DNA of 64,000 nucleotides. It comes from the human T2T-CHM13v2.0 reference genome, Homo sapiens. The stretch lies in assembly GCF_009914755.1 (NCBI RefSeq), contig NC_060934.1; one strand, 5' to 3'. This document shows positions 57,085-64,000 of this stretch, piece by piece. The notes below the pieces were generated by a model. It ran no database searches. It saw only the letters and a list, made by a program, of their open reading frames with translations, and was not told the origin of the DNA. Position 1 is the stretch's first letter, and every line of letters starts with the position of its first letter. Both the position numbers and the translations under genes were made by a program.

Positions 57085-57381
57085 TTTGTTTTGCTTTATA
57101 GGGACAGGGTTGCTCTGTCACTCAGAGTGGAGTGCAATGGTGTAATCATAGCTCACTGTAGCCCCGAACTCCTGAGCTCAAGCCATCCTCCTGCCTCAGC
57201 CTCGCAAGTAGCTGGAACTGCAGGCAACCACCACCATGTTTGGCTATTTTTAAAAAATTATTTTTTGCAGTCAGGGTCTTGCCATGTTGCCCAGGATGGT
57301 CTCAAACTCCTGGCCTCAAGCGATCCTCCTACCTCAGTCTCCCAAAGTGCTGGGATTACAGGCCTGAGCCACTGCACCCAG
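57085..57381 (-). mobile_element. AluJ
   Basis: Diverged antisense dimer. Confidence 0.85.
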
Positions 57382-57988
57382 ACTAATTTCAATTTTTACT
57401 TATTCTCTCCTAACCCTATCTCGCCCCACCATATCTACTCAAGATGCCAGTGGGGACTGACCAGGGATGATTCCCAGCAGTAGACACTCAGTCGACTCAT
57501 TCATTCATTCTTCACATTTGACCCTGAGGCATTGTTCTCTGGTCCAGCATGCCCTACCTATGTTGTTTGGCTTTTCTAGAAGGTTCCCCAGTCCTTCATG
57601 CCTGTGGCTCCAGGCAGGCCTAGACCAGTGAGGTATGACCTGCAAAGATATCTGGGGCCCCAGTGCACACATAAAATGCCTAGCTCGGAGCCAGGTCTGT
57701 TTCAACAATACTGGCTTCTCATTCTTTCCTTCCTTCCAATGCAGCCAGTAGGATTTTCTCAGTGCTTCCCAGCTATACTTCCACCTCCCCAAACCCAGCC
57801 GTCAGCTTGCCTGTTCCCACATCTCTGCTTCTTCCTCCTTGTGTCTTTTGCCCAAATGAACTTTACCCTTTAATCTTGGCCTTGCCCTGCTTTATCTCCT
57901 CTCATGAAGGCTTTTGTGATCTCGAAGGCATGAAAAAAGGACTGACATATGTATTAACCAACACCATAAGGTAGAAATTGAGACAGAA

Positions 57989-58292
57989 GGCCAGGCAGGG
58001 TGGCTCATGACTGTTATCCCAGCATTTTGGGAGTCCAAGGCCAGCAGATCACCTGAGGTCGGGAGTTCAAGACCAGCCTGACCAACATGGAGAAACCCTG
58101 TCTCTAATAAAAATACAAAATTAGCCGAGCATGGTGGCACATGCCTGTAATCCCAGCTACTCGGGAGGCTGAGGCAGGAGAATAGCTTGAACTGGGGAGG
58201 TAGAGGTTGCGTGAGCCGAGATTGCGCCATTGCACTCCAGCCTCGGCGACAGAGCGAGACTCCATCTCAAAAACAAACAAAAAAACAAAAAA
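57989..58292 (+). mobile_element. AluS
   Basis: TSD AGAAATTGAGA(C/A)AGAA. Confidence 0.9.
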
Positions 58293-59199
58293 GAAATTGA
58301 GAAAGAACAGGGAACGCTCTGGAGGGCGCAGCCATAAGCTCAGCCCTGCAGAGGGATTAGGCTTGGATGTAAGTGAGGACTCATGAGAGGAAAGGCCTGG
58401 GAAGTGGGCATTCCTGGAACAGAGTGGGTTGCTCTACCAGGTGAGTCAGAAGATGCCATTGAAAAATGCCTGAGCCTGAGGAATAGGAGATCGGCTTTTG
58501 TTCCAGCTCCATCCATAAATTACTGCATGGCCTCAGGCAGATTCTTAACTGTTTTTAGCCACAGTTTCCTCATCTAAAATGGAAAGGATAATGGTATCTA
58601 ACTCATGGAGTTGTTGTAGGACTCATCAGAAGATCCCCTAGCATAGGGCCTGACCTCACTCAATATTAGCTATGTTGCTGATAGTGCTCTGGAGCTTGGT
58701 TTCTTTATCTGAAAATGAACTAAGTTGTCCTAGATCAGTATTTCCTGGTGTAAATTTTATCATGAGCCAGAGCATAACAGTGCATAAAGAGCCAGTGTAT
58801 CAAGAAGTCATTTGTAGCAGCCAAAGCTCTTAGTGGGGCCGGCAAGGCTGGGCGGGTTCGGGGTCGGAGACTGACAAGACGGCAGGCAGCCCCTCTGTTC
58901 TAAGACAGTGTCCTAGGACATTTTTTATGCTCAGGTGCTCTATGGGAGACAGGAAATGCAGCCCTGAGGTTTATATTCGTGATATCTAACCAGGACTTAT
59001 ACAAAGGCCACAGACAAAAGACATTGACATTGCAGAAAAGTAAACGGAAGAGTCCAGTGGTCCCACTCCAAGGCACATAACTAGTTAGTGGCAGATTCAG
59101 AACCAGAACCCCAACCCCATTTTCTGGTCCCAGATGGGGTTCTTCCTCTGACAGCAGGCGACTTCCCAAGCCTCATCCTTTCCCCAGCGCTTTGGAGTA

Positions 59200-59560
59200 T
59201 ACTCATGTGAGCCTGAGGACACACACACAGGCACCAGGCTTGTTGGGAACAGCTGCGGCTCAAATCCCTCCTCCTGCTCCCCTCCCCTGGTTATGCAACT
59301 CTTTTCCAATTAGGCTCTCAGCCACACACCATTTGGATTCCCCGACCTTAATCCTGTGCAATGGGGCTGAAATGAATGAGACAGGGCTCCATTCTGGCTT
59401 CACAAAGGCTGCATTGTCCAACTCGTGAATGGGTTCCTTCTGCTTGGGCCAAGAGGACCATTTGCAGCGGGGAGGCATCCAGAAACAGCCCAAGGTCCAG
59501 CATAATAACCTGCATGTGCCTCCACGCACATGGGATGGCCCTTTAAAAGGGAGGGCCTGG
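59200..59560 (+). promoter_or_regulatory. RGR proximal promoter: M-box, LHX-type, OTX2, paired SOXE sites, TATA-like
   Basis: TCATGTGA 59203, CAATTAG 59307, TAATCC 59349, ACAAAG-N4-CATTGT 59402-59417, TTTAAAA 59542. Confidence 0.6.
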
Positions 59561-59610
59561 CTGTGGGAAGCCAGAGACAGCTGGGCCACTGGCAGTGAGG
59601 GAGAGTGAGG

Positions 59611-59689
59611 ATGGCAGAGACCAGTGCCCTGCCCACCGGCTTCGGGGAGCTCGAGGTGCTGGCTGTGGGGATGGTGCTACTGGTGGAAG
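59611..59689 (+). CDS. RGR: RGR exon 1 (coding part)
   Basis: ATG 59611; GAAG|gtgagc. Confidence 0.94.
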
Positions 59690-62600
59690 GTGAGCCAGGC
59701 AGAACCTGGGGTGCAGCGGGGGCCCAGTGGGTTCTGAGGACCCAGGCCACCAGTGTGGAGCTGGCAAGGAGAGGAGAGGTCCCCAAACCCAGCTGGGTGT
59801 CCGGTCCCATTGGCTGCCTTCCCCTCTGTGCCCGGACTCGGGGGGTGTTCTGACAATTGAACCTGTGAGGTGCAGCACACTGCCCGCTGGGAGCAGAGAG
59901 GAAGCCAGGCAAGGGTCAGGGAGGGAGGGACTTTGAAAGGGGACATCTGCCCAGGAGATGATCAAGAGCCAGGCTTTAGGACTTTTCATGTCCCTCCAGC
60001 CGGGAGAAAATTTAATCCACTCCTTGGAAATCCTGCTGAGAATCCCACATAAGATCAGTCCCCAAAAAGGCTCTGGGGACAGACAGCTCTGCCTCCTGCT
60101 CTTGTGTGGCTGGAACCAAGTCCCTTCAGCTCTCTGCCCTCAATGCCTTGACATTCCGAATGGGTGGTTGTAAAGATTAAATGGGATAATGGGTATAAAG
60201 TGCTAGCCTAAATAGACTCTAGGGTATTTAAGTTCATTCACTCCCATCCTCTCCAGCCCCACCACTATTTTCACTGTGTCTACTCCTATGAGCCCAAGCA
60301 CTTCACCTCTGGAGGCAACCTGGGTCTGCGAGGTACCTACCTCAACCTAGAATCCCTAAGATGCTCGCTGAGGCCAGAGCTAGAGACAGTGTCAATCCTG
60401 AATCTGGGCCAGCCCAAGCTAAATTGATGGAGAACGCAGCTTTGGTTCAAAGCAGACCCAGAGAAATCATCAGCACGTTTTCTCACCTAATGAGAACTGA
60501 CAATGGAGAGGAAGTGACAGTCATTAGATCGGTCCTGAAGGCTCTGGACACGACTGTCTGGTGGCCCCAGCCCGTGTCTCCCTTTCCTGAGAACCCTACA
60601 ATCTAGCATCCTTCCAGGTCCTCAAACATGCCATAAAATTTTACCACTTTATTTTTTGGAAGGGGTTTAAATTTACATTTTTATTTCATGTTTAATGACT
60701 AGAAATGTCATTATATACACAATGCTTTGGTTTTTATTTTATTTAAAATATGTTTTAAATTTCAATAGCTTTGGGGGTACAAGTGATTTTTGTTTACATA
60801 GATGAATTACATCGTGGCAAATGCTAGGACTTTAGTGCACTCATCACCCAAGTAGCGTACATTGTGCCTCATTTGTAGGTTTTTTTAATCCCACTCCCTC
60901 TCCCACCCTTCCCCTTCTGAGTCTCCAGAGTCCATTGTGTCCTCTGAATGCCTTTGCGTACTCACGGTTTAGCTCCCACTTGTAACTGAGAACAAACAGC
61001 ATTTGGTTTTCCATTCCTGAGTTACTTCACTTACAATAATGGCCTCCAGCTCCATCCAAATTGCTGTAATAAGACATTATTTCATTCCTTTTTACAGCTA
61101 TTATTCCATGATGTATATATACTACATTTTCTTTATCCATTCATTGGTCAGTGGGCACTTACATTGATTTCGTATCTTTGCAATTGTGAATTGTGCCTCG
61201 GTAAGCATAGATGTGCATGTGTGTTTTTGGCTGGATTAAATGGCAGATCTACTTTTAGTTATTTAAGGAATCTCTATACTGTTTTCCATAGAGGTTGTAT
61301 TAATTTACATATTCCCACCAGCAGTGCATAAGCATTCCCTTTTTACCACATCCATGGCATTGATCTATTGTTTTTTGACTTTTTAATGATGGTCATTCTT
61401 ATAGGAGTAAGGTGGTATCTCATTGTACCATAGCATGTCTTTGCACATGCTATTCCCTCCTGGAATGCTCTTCCATGCACTGTCCTGCAGGTAAGTGCTT
61501 CTCATAGTTTTGAAGGCAGGATTTTTTCCTGTTCCTCACTTTAGATAGGGGAAGCTGAGGTTCAGAGAGCTTAAGGAGCAGCAAGCGAGGCAACCAAGCC
61601 AAAATTCAAGGTCCGGTCTCTCTGTTGCCAGAGTACGCCCCCTTCATGTTCACTTCCATGCCTGGCGTCCTGGGCAGCTCCCAGCTCTAACATCGACTCT
61701 TCTCCTTGGAGCCTCTCTGACTTTGCTCTACAGTCCTTGGAGAAGGCATTTTGAAATCCAAAAGGCCTGAATTCAAGTTCCAGCTCCACCGCTTACTAGC
61801 TGTGTACTTAGGGCAAGTTAGCTAGTGTCTCTGAGCCTCAGTTTCCCAGCTATAAATGGAGAAGAGAGTATCCAAGTAAAGATTGAATGAGATGACTCAT
61901 ATAAAGTGCTTATCCTGGTGCCTGGTGTGTGCTAAGTGCCTGGCAGCTGTCAGTGATTATGACTGTTATAGCATGAAGCATGCTACCCTATATTGATTGT
62001 CTTCCTTGTCTGTCCAGGAGGTTGCTGATGTTCCATCCACCCCACACACACTGTTCTGACCCCAGCTGGGCCTCAGCAGCCCCAATGCCAGCCCCCACCC
62101 TTCCTTTCAGCTCTCTCCGGTCTCAGCCTCAATACCCTGACCATCTTCTCTTTCTGCAAGACCCCGGAGCTGCGGACTCCCTGCCACCTACTGGTGCTGA
62201 GCTTGGCTCTTGCGGACAGTGGGATCAGCCTGAATGCCCTCGTTGCAGCCACATCCAGCCTTCTCCGGTACCAGCCCCCTCCCCAGTCCACAGGCTCTGG
62301 GGTCCTGCCTGGGGCCTGACCCCTGGGCCCTGGGCAGCCAGGCCAAGGGCATTTTTACTACTTACAGAAAATTGGCCAAGGGCAGAGGGTGGGCAGGCTA
62401 AAATGGGCTGAATTCCAGATTGATTCTGAAGAACGACAGCTGATTTCTGGAAGACAGGGGTTGCTGAAACCTGATGAAAGAGATGGTAGGCTGTAGAGAT
62501 CAATGGTGTGGGTTCTGTAACCAAGCAACCTAGGTTTGCATTCTGGCTTCAGCATTTCTAGTTCTGGGCTTCTTCCATAAATCGGATATTATTTCCTAAC

Positions 62601-63563
62601 TCATATAGGTGGTTGGAAGTATTTACTTCTATTATGTGTAAATAACTTAAAATAATGCTTGATACCTAGGACTCTACGTAAGTGTTTGTGAACACAAATG
62701 GGGGCGTTATCACCACTACTGCACCCGTATGTATCTGGGCTCCTGGAGTGGAGGGACACCGATGCAGTGTGGAGAGGATAAGAGGCAGGGAGGGGCAGTC
62801 ATAACTAGCTAGTGTCTAATACCTCCTTATACAAAAACCAGGGTCTTCCATCACAGCTTCAGAAGGTGTTTATAAAATTGTTTTCTGAAGCAGACTGGAC
62901 ATTCTCATTCTGGTTTTGGACACTACAGACGGAGGCTGGAGCCCCCCCGGATGTGCATGCTCAGTGCTGACCAGCCTGGGGGGTCTGCATCAGTGAGAAC
63001 TCTTCCTCCCACAGAGAATTGAAGTTTCCACCTTTGCTTGCCCTTTTAGGCTGGGGAGGCCTGGGATCTCCCCTCTGACTTTGCCTTCATCTTCTGTGTG
63101 ACCTTGGCTTCAGTATCTTTGCCTCTTTGAATGTCAGTTTCCCCACCTATCAAATACAGGCATGAGCTCTCCTGTGACAGAGGGATCTGATCACGCAGAG
63201 AGAGCCTATGGCCCAACCATGGTGCAGTCAAAGTCACCCAGCCTGGAGAGTGTGCATTGGGCTCCACCCCTTCAGCCCAGTTACTTGAGCTCCAACGCCT
63301 CATAGGAAAGACACCAATATTAAGGCCCTCTTCAGAGAAGAAGGGCAGCATTCAGGAACACACACTCCAAGCTGTACTTGGCAGGTGTGGGAGGTGGAAA
63401 GGATCGGAGGAGAGGTCACTGGTGCCCAGTGTCTCCCACAGGCGCTGGCCCTACGGCTCGGACGGCTGCCAGGCTCACGGCTTCCAGGGCTTTGTGACAG
63501 CGTTGGCCAGCATCTGCAGCAGTGCAGCCATCGCATGGGGGCGTTATCACCACTACTGCACCC
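59611..63563 (+). CDS. RGR: Retinal G protein-coupled receptor (RGR opsin, photoisomerase), exons 1-3; gene continues beyond the window
   Basis: MAETSALPTGFGELEVLAVG..ALSGLSLNTLTIFSF..LSLALADSGIS..RWPYGSDGCQAHG..AWGRYHHYC: opsin TM1-TM3. Confidence 0.96.
60727..61428 (-). mobile_element. L1 3' end fragment (L1PB/L1MA-like) in RGR intron 1
   Basis: TTTAGCTCCCACTT..ATGGCCTCCAGCTCCATCCA..GGTATCTCATTGT. Confidence 0.85.
62111..62267 (+). CDS. RGR: RGR exon 2
   Basis: tttcag|CT..CG|gtacca. Confidence 0.94.
62698..62811 (+). repeat. 114-bp exact copy of the RGR exon 3 end and intron 3 start (source 63535-63648)
   Basis: Base-by-base comparison, 114/114 identical. Confidence 0.93.
63442..63563 (+). 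CDS. RGR: RGR exon 3 (alternative upstream acceptor at 63430 adds 12 nt)
   Basis: cacag|GCGC..ACCC|gtatgt; phase consistent with exon 2. Confidence 0.92.
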
Positions 63564-63836
63564 GTATGTATCTGGGCTCCTGGAGTGGAGGGACACCGAT
63601 GCAGTGTGGAGAGGATAAGAGGCAGGGAGGGGCAGTCATAACTAGCTACTGCTCCGTGTTTCCCAGTACAGGGAAGTGTGGGTAGGTGTGAGTGTGCATG
63701 CATAGGCACTCATTTCAGGAAAGGAGGGAGGGTGGGAGAGTGTGCAGGAGAGCTGTTGGGCCTCTCTTGCCATTACCGCAACCTTGGGCAAGTCAGGGAT
63801 CCTCTCTGAACCTTAGTCTCCTCCTCTGCGAAATGA

Positions 63837-64000
63837 TTTTCTTTTTCTTTTTGAGACGGAATCGCTCTATTGCCCAGGCTGGAGTGCAGTGGTGTGACCT
63901 CGGCTCACTGCAACCTCGGCCTTCTGGTTTCAAGTGATTCTTTTGCCTCAGCCTCCTGAGTAGCTGGGACTACAGGCATGTGCCACCACACCTGGCTAAT
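63837..64000 (-). mobile_element. Alu, truncated by the window end
   Basis: TTTGAGACGGA..GGGACTACAGGC. Confidence 0.9.

Overview
Human (primate) genomic DNA containing a retina-specific four-gene cluster, which I recognise as the 10q23.1 locus. CDHR1 (+) is the photoreceptor protocadherin: 17 coding exons, 9285-29147, 2580 nt = 859 aa, plus an alternative terminal exon lacking the TM segment at 33605. LRIT2 (-) has 3 coding exons and 550 aa, plus a 30-nt cassette exon. LRIT1 (-) has 4 coding exons and 623 aa. RGR opsin (+) is divergently oriented; exons 1-3 are present and the gene runs off the window. Exons were placed by hand at GT/AG sites, and the three complete genes sum to uninterrupted ORFs. 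The rest is Alu, MIR, L1, MaLR-LTR and DNA-transposon relics and simple repeats; repeat family names are from recall of consensus sequences, not a RepeatMasker run. There is no new gene system here. The most unusual signals are short displaced local duplications. One is a perfect 114-bp copy of the RGR exon 3/donor junction inside RGR intron 2. Another is a 44-bp copy of CDHR1 transmembrane-coding sequence in its own 3'UTR, lying in the frame read by late frameshift alleles. Also notable are TE-derived alternative exons, a uORF whose stop overlaps the CDHR1 start codon, and a rare GAG acceptor.
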